Assembly: GCA_040954595.2 (NCBI GenBank)
Contig: CM082593.2
Coordinates: 9,805,200 to 9,869,199 of the forward strand
DNA: 64,000 bases
Source: Balanoglossus misakiensis
Taxonomy: Eukaryota > Animalia > Hemichordata
Direction: 5' to 3'
Shown: positions 12,420-25,000 of the stretch, in pieces
Numbering within the stretch: position 1 is the stretch's first letter
Layout of the letters: the number at the start of each line of letters is the position of its first letter
Made by a program: the position numbers and the translations under genes
The notes under the pieces: generated by a model
Database searches by the model: none
Told to the model about the DNA's origin: nothing
Seen by the model: the letters and a program-made list of their open reading frames with translations, nothing else

Positions 12420-15400
12420 TACATAGATATGCATCTTGTTAAAAAGCCCAACAGTCATGATTTTGTTCACATGAGTACTACTGCTGCCAGGACATAACCC
12501 AAATCTTTTGATAATTTTGGCAATGACCTTTGATCTACTATCCCATGCCTTGGCATGTACAGCAGATACAGCCTTCAAATTTGGTGTTCTTATTGACTGT
12601 GCGGTTCAATGTTTGACAATAATATCATTAGTGGTCATGTGGCTTTGGATTTTTGAAAAATATCATAAAAAAAATTCAAAAAATCTATTTCTAATCAAGT
12701 TTTCAAGTAAATTGTGATTGGGTAAACCTTATTGGAGCCAAATTGGATTTTCTGATCTCCGATAAAAGACTAAAATTTCCTATTTCTAGCGTGCTCCTTG
12801 AAACCACACAAATTCTTTTTATGGATATGAGTCACCATAGGACCAGAATATATCAAAATTATTAGACTACTTTCAGATGTTCTTTGATCAAATTTTTACA
12901 AAACTTGATTGAACAACTTGTTTGCGACTCTCGCATGTCCTTTGATCCAGTAATTCCAGAACTTATTTTATGTGGATATGCCTCTTGTTAAAAAGCACAT
13001 CTGTCATGATTTTGTTCACATGAGTACTACTGCTGCCAGGACATAACCCAAATCTTTTAGATAATTTTGGCAATGACCTTTGATCTACTATCCCATGCCT
13101 TGGCATGTACAGCAGATACAGCCTTCAAATTTGGTGGACTGGAACACCTTATGAAGAATTAAACTTTAACACAATAATTATGTACATAAGCTATTTCAAG
13201 TTAACCAATAGAGCTTAGAAGTCTGTTTTCTGTTGGACACAGCTCAGTTTGATATCAAAATTTGTTGGCCCAAATTTGCGTGACCTCTGGCTTACTTACA
13301 ATTTCTTAGCATCAATAACAGATACAGCCTTTGCTTTCTGTTGGAACCATGCTAACCACTTTGGTCCCTCCAATGCTGCTTTTAGTTGTAATTGTCTTGT
13401 TCATGGCGGCCATATTGGATTTTCGGTTAACCTTTAAAAGGTGACATTTTTTTCAAAAACTACAGGGCCAATCAAGTTCAAATTGGCTGTGCGGTTCAAT
13501 GTTTGACAATAATAACGTTAGTGGTCATGTGGCTTTGGATTTTTGAAAAATAGAATAAAAAAATTTCAAAACATTTATTTCTAATCAAGTTTTCAAGTAA
13601 AATGTGATTGGGTAAACCTTATTGGAGCCAAATTGGATTTTCTGATCTCCGATAAAAGACTAAAATTTCCTATTTCTAGCGTGCTCATTGAAACCACACA
13701 AATTCTTTTTATGGATACGAGTCACCATAGGACCAGAATATATCATAATTATTAGACTACTTCCACATGTTCTTTGATCCAGTAATTCCAGAACATATTT
13801 TATGTGGATATGCCTCTTGTTAAAAAGCACAACAGTCATGATTTTGTTCACATGAGTACTACTGCTGCCAGGACATAACCCAAATCTTTTGATAATTTTG
13901 GCAATGACCTTTGATCTACTATCCCATGCCTTGGCATGTACAGCAGATACAGCCTTCAAATTTGGTGGACTGCAACACCCAATAAAGTATTAAACTTTTA
14001 CACAATAATTTTGTACATAATCTATTTCAAGTTAACCAATAGAGCTTAGAAATCTGGTTTTTTGTTTGACACTGATCAGTTTAAGATCAAACATTTGTGT
14101 CACAATTTTGCGTGACCTCTGGCTTACTTTACCATTTCTTTGCATCCACAACAAAATCAAATCAAATCAATCAAGCAAAAAAGTTTATATAGCGCCAAAA
14201 TCCAAAAAGAAATTTTGCCCAATGACGCTCACGGTTAAACCACACTGTATGCTCTTTCGAACATATGAGTTTTCATATGATTTTTTTAACAAAACATCCT
14301 TTGCTTTCTGTTGGAACCATGCTAACTGCTTGGGCCCATCCCATTTCTTCTTAATGGCGGCCATATTGGATATTATGATAACACTTAAAAATTTACATCT
14401 TTTCAACAACTACAAGGCAAATCAAGTTCTAATTTATTGTGCGGTTTAATGTTTGACAATAATATCATTAGTGGTCATGTCACTTTGGTTGCCATATTGG
14501 ATTTTTGAAAAATCTCATGAAAAATTTCACAAATCTTTTCCTAATCACGTTTTCAAGTGAATTGTGATTGGTTTATCCTAATTAAAGCCAAATCGGATTT
14601 TCTAAACACACGATTTAAAAAAAATCCTATTTCTAGCCTACCCAAATTCTTTTAATAGATATGAGTCACCACATGACCAGATTATATTACAATTTTTGGG
14701 CAATTTTCGAATGTCCTTTGATCCATTTTTTCCAGAACTTAATTGTGCGTGGATATGCTTCTTGTCAAAAAGCACACCAGTCATGATTTTGTTCACAGGA
14801 GTTTTGCATCTATAACAGATGCAGCCTTTGCTTTCTGCTGCTAGGAAATAAACAAAATATTTAGAGGACTGAAACACCTAATGAAGTATTAAACTTTAAC
14901 ACAATAATTATGTACATAAGCAATTTCAAGTTAACCAATAGAGCTGAGAAGTCTGTTTTCTGTTGGACACAGCTCAGTTTGATATCGAAATTTGTTGGCC
15001 CAAATTTGCGTGACCTCTCGCTTACTTACCATTTCTCAGCATCCATAACAGATACAGCCTTTGCTTTCTGTTCGAACCATGCTAACCGCTTTGGTCCCTC
15101 CAATGCTGCTTTTAGTATTAATTGTCTTCTTCATGGTGGCCATATTGGATTTTCGGATAACCTTTAAAACTTGACATTTTTTTTCAAAAAATACAGGGCC
15201 AATCAAGTTCTAATTTACTGTGCGGTTCAATGTTTGACAATAATAGTATCAGTAGTGGTCATGTGGCTTTGGATGCCTTATTGGATTTTTGAAAATCTCA
15301 TTAAAAAATCTCATTTATTTTTCCTAATCATGTTCTCAAGTGAATTGTGATTGGTTTAACCTTATTGGAGCCAAATTGAATTTTCTAAAATCCGATTAAC

Positions 15401-18050
15401 AAATACATTTTCCTATTTCTTGCCTACTAATTGATAGCACACAACTATTTTTTATGGATACGAGTCACCATATGACTAGAATACGTTACATTTTTTGGCA
15501 GCTTTCACACATTCTCTAATCCATTTTTGTTCACTACTTAATTTTATGTGGATATGCCTCTTGTTAAAAAGCACAACAGTCATGATTTTGTTCACATGAG
15601 TACTACTGCTGCCAGGACATAACCCAAATCTTTTGATAACTTTGGCAATGACCTTTGATCTACTATCCCATGCCTTGGAATGTACAGCAGATACAGCCTT
15701 CAAATTTTTAGGACTGGAATACCTAATGAAGTATTAAACGTTAACACAATAATTATGTACATAAGCAATTTCAAGTTAACCAATATAGCTTAGAAGTCTG
15801 GATTTTGTTGGACACTGATCAGTTTGATATCAAAATTTGTTGGCACAATTTTGCATGACATCTGGCTTACTTTACCATTTCTCGGCATCTGCTACAGATA
15901 CAGCCTTTGCTTTCTGTTGGAACCATGCTAACCACATTCGTCCCTCCAATGCTGCTTTTAGCTTTGTCTTCGTCATGGCAGCCATATTGGATTTTCTGAT
16001 AACCTTTAAAAGTTGACTCTTTTCAAAAATTACAAGGCCAATAAAGTTCTAATTTACTGTGCGGTTCCAATTTTTTCAATAATAATGTTAGTGGTCATGT
16101 GACTTTGGATTTATTATGGATTTTTGAAAAATCTCATTAAAAATGTCAAAAATCTTTTTCTACTTAAGTTTTCAAGTGAATTGTGATTGGTTCAACCTTA
16201 TTGGATAAAACTTTTGTATGGATACGAGTCGCCATATGACCAGAATACATGTTTTTGATCCAGTTTTCTCAGAACTTGATTATACAAAATTTTGACAACT
16301 ACACATGTCCTTTGATCCAGTGTTTTCTGAACTTAATTGTATGTGGATACGATTCTTGTTAAAAAGCACAACAGTCATGATTTTGTTTACATGAGTACTG
16401 CTGCTGCCGGAACATAACCTTATTTTTTTATAATTTTGGCAATGACCTTTGATCTACGTTCCCATAACCTGGCATGCACAGCAGATGCATGTTTCAAATT
16501 TAGAGGACTGGAACACCTAATGAAGTACTTTACCATTTCTTGGCATCCACAACAGATACAGCCTTTGCTTTCTTTTGAAACCATGCTAACCAGTTTAGCC
16601 CCTGCAATGCTGCTTGTAAGTTTAATTGTCTTCTTCATGACGGCCATATTGGATTTTCTGATAATTTCTACAAGTTGACATATTTTTTCAAAACTGCAGG
16701 GCAAATCAATTACTAATTGACTGTCCGGTTCAAAGTTTGACAATAATATCATTAGTGGTCATGTGACTTTTGATGCCTTATTGGATTTTTGAAAATCTCA
16801 TTATAATTGTCATTTTTTTATCTAATCAAGTTTTCAAGTGAATTTTGATTGGTTAAATCTCATTGGAGCCAAATTAGATTTTCTAAACTCCGATTAAGAA
16901 CTAAATTTTCCTATTTTTAGCCTATGCATTGATTGCATACAAATTCCTTTAATGGATACGAGTCACCATACGACTAGAATATGTTACAATTTTTTGGCAA
17001 CTTTCACATGTCCTTTGATCCAACCTTTTTCAACACCTAATAATACAAATTTTTGGCAACTTTCATTTGTTCTTTGATCCAGATCTTTCAGAACTTAATT
17101 AAATCTTATTGAAGCCAAATTGGATTTTATGAATTCTGATTAAAAACTAAAATTTCCTTTTTCTGGGCTACTCATTGATTGCACACCAATTCTTTTTATA
17201 GATACGAGTCTTCATATGACCAGAATACATTGCATTTTTTTGGCAACTTTCGCATGTATTTTGATCTAGTTTTTTTCAGAACTTAATTATTCGTGGATGT
17301 GCCTCTTGTTGAAAAGCACAACAGTGATGATTTTTGTCACATTACTGCTGCCAGGACATATTTTGGCATTGAACTTCGTTCTACATTTGGCACCTGTATT
17401 CTTTTCTGAATATCTTATTGCGGCAAGACTAGTAGCACTAGAGGTTTGGTTTTTGATGTATATGGACAAGTATGGGACTTAGGTATTTTTGTTACATTTG
17501 GAATCCACTGGACCAATGTTGACCTTATTAAATATGTGCATATCTAATGCTGAGCTTACCCATATTGTTACAGGTTGAATTTTTTATGAACATGCTCTAC
17601 TTTTGGACTTAATTTTTTTGCTGAATTTCTTGACCAATGATAATCTTATAAATATGTGCTTACGTAATTGTAGACTAGACAATGAAGCTTTGAGTCTGGG
17701 TTTCCTTGAACATAGACCACTATGCAATCAAAATTTTTTCTGACATTTTTGATGGCTTTGGTTTTGGACATTTTTGATGGACCTATTTTTCCATGCCTTG
17801 GCATGCACAGCAGATAACGTCTTACAATTTTGAAGGCTGGAACACCTAATAACCAGGTTAACCAATAGAGCCAGAAGTCTTGTTTTTCATTTTACACTGA
17901 TCATTTTGGAAGAAAAATTTGTTGACAATTTTGGGTGAGCTCTTGGTGACCTTTGATCAACTTTCCTATAAACATAGCAGATATAGCATTGGCACTCTCT
18001 GGTATCCATAGGAACTGCTTAGACCTAGCCAATGTTGGTCGCACCTTATT
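12420..18050 (+). repeat. Complex modular tandem array, second block, decaying rightwards
   Basis: Same modules as 7930-10491, repeated about 6-7 times with rising divergence. Confidence 0.75.
14157..14287 (-). mobile_element. 5'-truncated LINE of the L2/CR1 group (3' end only)
   Basis: Absent at the paralogous site ~9500 (catccacaacaaaacagcc). A 7-bp TSD AACAAAA lies at 14150-14156 and 14288-14294. The minus strand reads KNHMKTHMFERAYSVV* (like the FK..LKT.LF..AY ORF2 end), then ggcgctatataaa and a (TTTGA)n-like tail. Confidence 0.75.
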
Positions 18051-18119
18051 TTTTTTTATTAATTGACCATATGTACCCCTTGACCCTCAGTTTGTTGGGT
18101 TGGGCTGGCTTGCCACATT

Positions 18120-19502
18120 AATGCTATCATAAGGGGCACAAGCCAGGCGAGGTAGATCTGGAAAACCGCAGCACCTACAGGGCTGAAACTTGGTAGGGTG
18201 ATAGGGGCCAATGAGTAGACCTAGAGTGGCCGTGAATATTTAATTAGTCACGTGACCTGGCGGCCATATTAGATTTTCCGAAAACCGTTAAATGACTACT
18301 GGGCCAATCGAGTTCAAATTTTGTGTGCAGGTAGCCTACCTTCTGTCCATCATTTTACCCCATTGAAATCATGATGTCAAATATAAAGTTTTTTTGCTAC
18401 AATTTCTTTTCTGAAAAACTACTTAAAACTTTTAAAATCTTCTTCTCCAGAAGCAGTGATCGCCGAGTTATGGGATTCGGGGTATGCAGTCACCTAACCT
18501 ATGTCTTTCAAGTTTGCGAAGTGCACTGTGATTGGTCGATCATTATGGCGGCCATATTGGATTTCCTGAAAACCATTGAAAAATGTAAATTCCGTTCTAT
18601 AGCCAAAATGTTGACACCAAGGAAATTATTTTTGTGGATATAAGTCATCATATAACCGGAACTTGTCACAATTTTGGGGGGCAATTTTCACATGACCTTT
18701 GACCCAGTTTTAAACCAACTAATTATATATGCATATTCCCCATACCTCCTCTTTTAAAAGCACTACAGTCATGAATTTTGTGGACATGGGTACCAATGCT
18801 GTCAGGACATGACACAAATATTTTGGCAATGACCTTTGACCTATTTCTGAAACATCATTTTTCTGCATATCTAAATCCAGGCTAACCAATAGGGCTCCAG
18901 GTCTGGTTTTTGTTGGACATGGCCCACTATGGGGTCAAACGTTTATGCCCAAATTTTGGGTGACCTTTGACCTACTTTCCCATATCTCAGCTTCCAGAGC
19001 AGTTACAGCCCTGGCTATTGGGGGATTGACCACCTAATAGAGTCTTACACAATACCTCATTAATTATGTGCATATCTTATTCCAAGCTAACCAACAGGGC
19101 TAGATGTTTGGTTTTTGTTGTATAAGGACATATGTGGTGTCAAAATTTTTGCTCAAATTTTGGTGACCTCAGGTGACCTTTGACCTTCTTCCCTATATCT
19201 CGGCATCCAGACAGGATAGAGCCTTGGCTTTAGGAGGGATTGAACACCTTTTGGGGTCTTTTATGTTACCTCATTAATTATGCACATATCTAATTCCAGG
19301 CTAACCAATAGGGCTAGAGGTTTGGTTTTTGTTGGTCATGGACAAGTATGGTGTCAAAATGTTTTGCCCAAATTTGGGTGAACTCAGGTGACCTTTGACC
19401 TACTTTCCCATATCTTGGTATCCACAGCAGATACAGCTTTGGGATTCGCTGGTTACCATGGGAACCGTTTGTGCCCCACCAACGCTGCTTGCAGCTTTAA
19501 TT
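18120..19502 (+). mobile_element. Non-autonomous Helentron/DINE-like element (left boundary approximate)
   Basis: Short subterminal inverted repeat GGGGCACAA (18133-18141) / TTGTGCCCC (19469-19477). A stem-loop GCTGC-TT-GCAGC (19484-19495) is followed by TTTAATT. Internal tandem-like modules (tgacctttgacc, atggcggccatattgg) are present. Confidence 0.5.
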
Positions 19503-19599
19503 ATCATTGATTTCATGTATTTAATTCTTTCATTCTTTTTTCTTCTGTAGGTCCCACCGGTACTCTTCTTCTTCTCTCTCTCTTCCTTTCTTTCTTTCT

Positions 19600-20235
19600 T
19601 TTTTCTCTCTTCTCTTCTTTTTTTCCCTGTAGGCCCCAATGGTAACACCATAATCAACCTACTAACGTAAAATTTGATGGATGGGTGGAGCGGAGTGTCA
19701 ACCATAGTCAACCTACTAATATAAACTTTGATGGATGGATGGAGCGGAGCGTCAACCATAGTCAACCTACTAATATTAAACTTTGATGGATGGATGGGAA
19801 GGAGCGTCAACCATAGTCAACCTACTAAATATAAACTTTGATGGATGGATGGGGCGGAGCGTCAACCATAGTCAACCTGCTGAAATATAAACTTTGATGG
19901 ATGGATGGTGCCATGGAGCGTCAACTTAAACGATGGAGAAGTGGAAGGATGGAGAAGAAGAGTTTTTTTTCTCTTTTTTCTCTTTTTTTTCCTGTAGGGC
20001 TCACTGGTAACACCATAATCAACCTACTAACGTAAAATTTGATGGATGGATGGATGGAGCGGAGTGTCAACCATAGTCAACCTACTAATATTAAACTTTG
20101 ATGGATGGATGGAGCGGAGCGTCAACCATAGTCAACCTGCTGAAATATAAACTTTGGTGGATGGATGGTGCCGTGGAGCGTCAACTTAAAGGATGGAGAT
20201 GTGGAAGGATGGAGAAGTGGAGTTTCAACATAATA
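19600..20235. repeat. 54-55-bp minisatellite containing (GGAT)n, in two blocks duplicated ~365 bp apart
   Basis: caaccatagtcaacct units start at 19699, 19753, 19808 and 19863. The leader cctgtagg..ggtaacaccataatcaacc occurs at 19626 and 19991. Confidence 0.85.
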
Positions 20236-22031
20236 AACCTATTGACCGAAATTATGAGGTAGAGTTATATAGGAGTACAAAACGAAGTGATCGTAATATA
20301 AAACTTAATAGTCCAATAAATCAGGTTAATAATTGGTAGTGATTACTTATGCTAAAATGAGGTTAACAGCAATGGCTTTGTGCAGGGTATGATAATAGGT
20401 TCATAAATGTGTATGGTATAATAAAGGCGAACAAATATGAATGGTTTAATAAAAGGGTTACAAATGTGATGATGGCTTATGGTAAAATTTGAGTGTACAC
20501 AGGTTATACAGGGGTAACAGTGGTTTTTTGGATGAAGGGAATGATAATAGGGTAACAAATGTGACTGGTATAAAAGGTATAATAATGGGTTTATAATATG
20601 ATGATGACTTGTGTACACAGGTTATAATGGGTATATGAATGAGAAGGGTATAATAAATGGTGATAACTGTGTCGGGTTTAATAAAGGTAACACTCATGGA
20701 AGGGTATAATAACGATTAATAATTGCGGTGATGGCTTATGGTGATATTAAGTATACAAGGGTGTTAATATTGATGATGATGACAGAGGTATAATAATGAT
20801 ATAACATTAAATAAGTGTCCAGGGTCTAATAATCATGTTGGTTCATTAATTGGTTAATGTGTATGTTTTATGAATAACATGCTATTATTTCTCAGATAGA
20901 TAATACTCGTCAGCATCGTTATTCAGTGGAATTTCTCGCAACGGTACCCGTGATCGTATTCGCGCATGGACACATTGTACGCGACAGACAGGCAGAACAT
21001 GTTAGGTTAGCTAAACCTCCCCACCCCATCCAAATTCCAAATTTAGCTTAGATCATGGGGTGAGAGGAGGAGAGGACAGTTTTTTTTTCCTCTTTTGTAA
21101 CTGGTCTGAGGTTTTTAACTGCCCTTTAGGCGCGTAAATTAGATATGTAATCATACAAGTAGTTATCTTGCTTTATTTGAAAACAATTATGATAGAGCTC
21201 TGCGAGATTATGTACACGATAGTGTGTTATATAATGCTAAGGTAAAAGTAAACTTAACCCACTAACCCATCACTCTATTGTGTGCATAATTTGCAGATGC
21301 TATTTTGACTGGCCCATTGTCACAGTTCAACCACATGACACCTTGTTTCAAAAAGAGCAGAAACTATTTGTGTTAATTTCTTTCAGGTTAACTACATGAC
21401 ACATTGTTTCAAATTGGCCTGCAAGATTTACTACTTGAACCTCCACCCCCCTCCAGCCCCCCCCCCCCCCAAAACAAAATAAAAATAAAAAATTAGGGAT
21501 TAATCAATCGCTATATTATGAACATTCACATGAAAATTATGCAACCAAATTAGAGGTATTCTGGAGGCGTCTTCTGATGTCAGGTGGTTCAAATCCACCA
21601 ATACCTAAGCTGGAAACATAACTTTTCATTGGTGTTCATATATGGCAAATAAAACATGCATATTCATATTCTCAAATTTCAGAAATGAACAAATTGAAGT
21701 AGATTCTTTTCGATATGCCTTTATAAACCAACTTTAATCCTATTTTACCCACTTTACTCAAAATGTTGTGTTTAAATTGCCCACAAGTAAGTCTTTTCTT
21801 ATCTGCATATATTCATAATGTTTTCCGCAAAGTGTACAACTGCATGTCTTGTGATCAGTATTGTGACATCTAAGAAGAACGGGAACTGGTCAGAGAACTG
21901 GGATATGGGAGCTGACAAACTGAGTTGTTGGAAATTCAAAGAGACTAATTTGCACTTTTCCACATTTTCTTGAAATCTGACTAGGAGCTAAACAAGGCAC
22001 CATACAGAAAGGTCATTCTGTCACATAGTCA

Positions 22032-22066
22032 TAGTCCAGTGGTTAGAGGATCATGGGTTCGAACCC
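22032..22066 (+). promoter_or_regulatory. tRNA-like RNA polymerase III A box and B box (truncated tRNA/SINE head)
   Basis: TAGTCCAGTGG at 22032-22042 followed by TTAGAG, and GGTTCGAACCC at 22056-22066. The spacer is only 13 nt, so the anticodon arm is missing. Confidence 0.55.
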
Positions 22067-25000
22067 TGTCACTTTGACATGGGTATTAAATGTGTATATG
22101 GGGATTTAAAGTTGTCAGTAAATCCCTGGGTTAATACGTGGCGGAAAGCACTGTACTTTGACATTGCTAATGCAACGATGACATTGAATGGGATTCTTTG
22201 CATTAGGGCAAATGGCGAAGCAAGCTCAATGATGCATCAGAGTAGACGGTGATGCAAGCTCTGCACTATCACATGGGTATTTAATGTTAAATGTAAATCC
22301 ATAGGTTAATACGTGGCCAAAAGCACTCTATTTTGACATTGTTAATGAAACGATGACATTGAATCTGATTCTTTGCATCAGGGCAAATGGCGAAGCAAGG
22401 TTGATGATGCATCAGGGTAGATAGTGATGCAATCACTTCACTTTGACATGGGTATTAAATGCATATGGGGATTTCAAGTTGATGATAAATCCCTGGGTTA
22501 ATACGTGTCCAAAAGCACTGTACTTTGACATTGCTAATGCAACGATGACATTGAATCAGATTCTTTGCATCAGGTTAAATGGCGAAGCAAGGTTGATGAT
22601 GCATCAGGGTAGATAGTGATGCAAGCTCTGCACTTTGACATGGGTATAAAATGCCTACAGGGGGATTTAAAGTTGTCTGTAAATCCCTGGGTTAATACGT
22701 GTCCAAAAGCACTGTACTTTGACATTGCTAATGCAACGATGACATTGAATCTGATTCTTTGCATCAGGGTAAATGGCGAAGCAAGGTTGATGATGCATCA
22801 GGGTAGATAGTGATGCAAGCTCTGCACTTTGACATGGGTATAAAATGCCTACAAGGGGATTTAAAGTTGTCTGTAAATCCCTGGGTTAATACGTGGCGGA
22901 AAGCACTGTACTTTGACATTGCATATGCAATGGTGACATTGAATGGGATTCTTTGCATTAGGGCAAATGGCGAAGCAAGCTCAATGATGCATCAGAGTAG
23001 ATGGTGATGCAAACTCTGCACTTTCACATGGGTATTTAATGTTAAATGTAAATCCATAGGTTAATACGTGTCCAAAAGCACTCTAATTTGACATTGCTAA
23101 TGCAACGATGACATTGAATCTGATTCTTTGCATCAGGGCAAATGGCGAAGCAAGGTTGATGATGCATCAGGGTAGATAGTGATGCAAGCTCTGCACTTTG
23201 ACATGGGTATAAAATGCCTACAGGGGGATTTCAAGTTGATGATAAATCCCTGGGTTAATACGTGGCGGAAAGCACTGTACTTTGACATTGCATATGCAAT
23301 GGTGACATTGAATGGGATTCTTTGCATTAGGGCAAATGGCGAAGCAAGCTCAATGATGCATCAGAGTAGATGGTGATGCAAACTCTGCACTTTAACATGG
23401 GTATTGAATGTTAACTGTAAATCCATAGGTTAATACGTGGCCAAAAGCACTCTAATTTGACATTGCTAATGCAACGATGACTTTGAATCTGATTCTTTGC
23501 ATCAGGGCAAATGGCGAAGCAAGGTTGATGATGCATCAGGGTAGATAGTGATGCAATCACTTAACTTTGACATGGGTATTAAATGCATATGGGGATTTCA
23601 AGTTGATGATAAATCCCTGGGTTAATACGTGTCCAAAAGCACTGTACTTTGACATTGCTAATGTAACGATGACATTGAATCTGTTTCTTTGCATCAGGGT
23701 AAATGGCGTAGCAAGCTTTATATTGCATCAGGGAAGATAGTGATGCAAACACTTCACTTTGACATGGGTGTAAAATGCCTACAGGGGGATTTAAAGTTGT
23801 CTGTAAATCCCTGGGTTAATACGTGTCCAAAAGCACTGTACTTTGACATTGCTAATGCAACGATGACATTGAATCTGATTCTTTGCATCAGGGTAAATGG
23901 CGAAGCAAGGTTGATGATGCATCAGGGTAGATAGTGATGCAAGCTCTGCACTTTGACATGGGTATAAAATGCCTACTGGGGGATTTAAAGTTGTCTGTAA
24001 ATCCCTGGGTTAATACGTGGCGGAAAGCACTGTACTTGGACATTGCATATGCAATGGTGACATTGAATGGGATTATTTGCATTAGGGCAAATGGCGAAGC
24101 AAGCTCAATGATGCATCAGAGTAGATGGTGATGCAAACTCTGCACTTTCACATGGGTATTTAATGTTAAATGTAAATCCATAGGTTAATACGTGGCCAAA
24201 AGCACTCTAATTTGACATTGCTAATGCAACGATGACATTGAATCTGATTCTTTGCATCAGGGCAAATGGCGAAGCAAGGTTGATGATGCATCAGGGTAGA
24301 TAGTGATGCAATCACTTCAATTTGACATGGGTATTAAATGCATATGGGGATTTCAAGTTGATGATAAATCCCTGGGTTAATACGTGTCCAAAAGCACTGT
24401 ACTTTGACATTGCTAATGTAACGATGACATTGAATCTGATTCTTTGCATCAGGGTAAATGGCGTAGCAAGCTTTATGATGCATCAGGGTAGATAGTGATG
24501 CAAACACTTCACTTTGACATGGGTATTAAATGCATATGGGGATTTCAGGTTGTTGAAAAATCTGTGGGTTAATTCGTGTCGAAAAGCACTGTACTTTGAC
24601 ATTGCTAATGCAATGATGACATTGAATCTGATTCTTTGCATCAGGGTAAATGGCGTAGCAAGCTTTATGATGCATCAGGGTATATAGTGTTGCAAACACT
24701 TCACTTTGACATGGGTATAAAATGCCTACAGGGGGATTTACAGTTGTCTGTAAATCCCTGGGTTAATACGTGTCCAAAAGCACTGTACTTTGACATTGCT
24801 AATGCAACGATGACATTGAATCTGATTCTTTGCATCAGGGTAAATGGCGAAGCAAGGTTGATTATGCATCAGAGTAGATGGTGATGCAAACTCTGCACTT
24901 TCACATGGGTATTTAATGTTAAATGTAAATCCATAGGTTAATACGTGGCCAAAAGCACTCTAATTTGACATTGCTAATGCAACGATGACATTGAATCTGA

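Noticed and set aside
8449-18643. Recurrent 60-127-aa ORFs in the modular array
   Set aside because: Frames vary between copies and strands, with frequent stops. They are by-products of AT-rich repeats.
22028-22072. Functional tRNA gene
   Set aside because: The anticodon arm is absent (13 nt between boxes) and no acceptor stem is evident.
22764-22782. CENP-B box
   Set aside because: The minus-strand CTTCGCCATTTACCCTG matches only the TTCG part and lacks the required A and CGGG.
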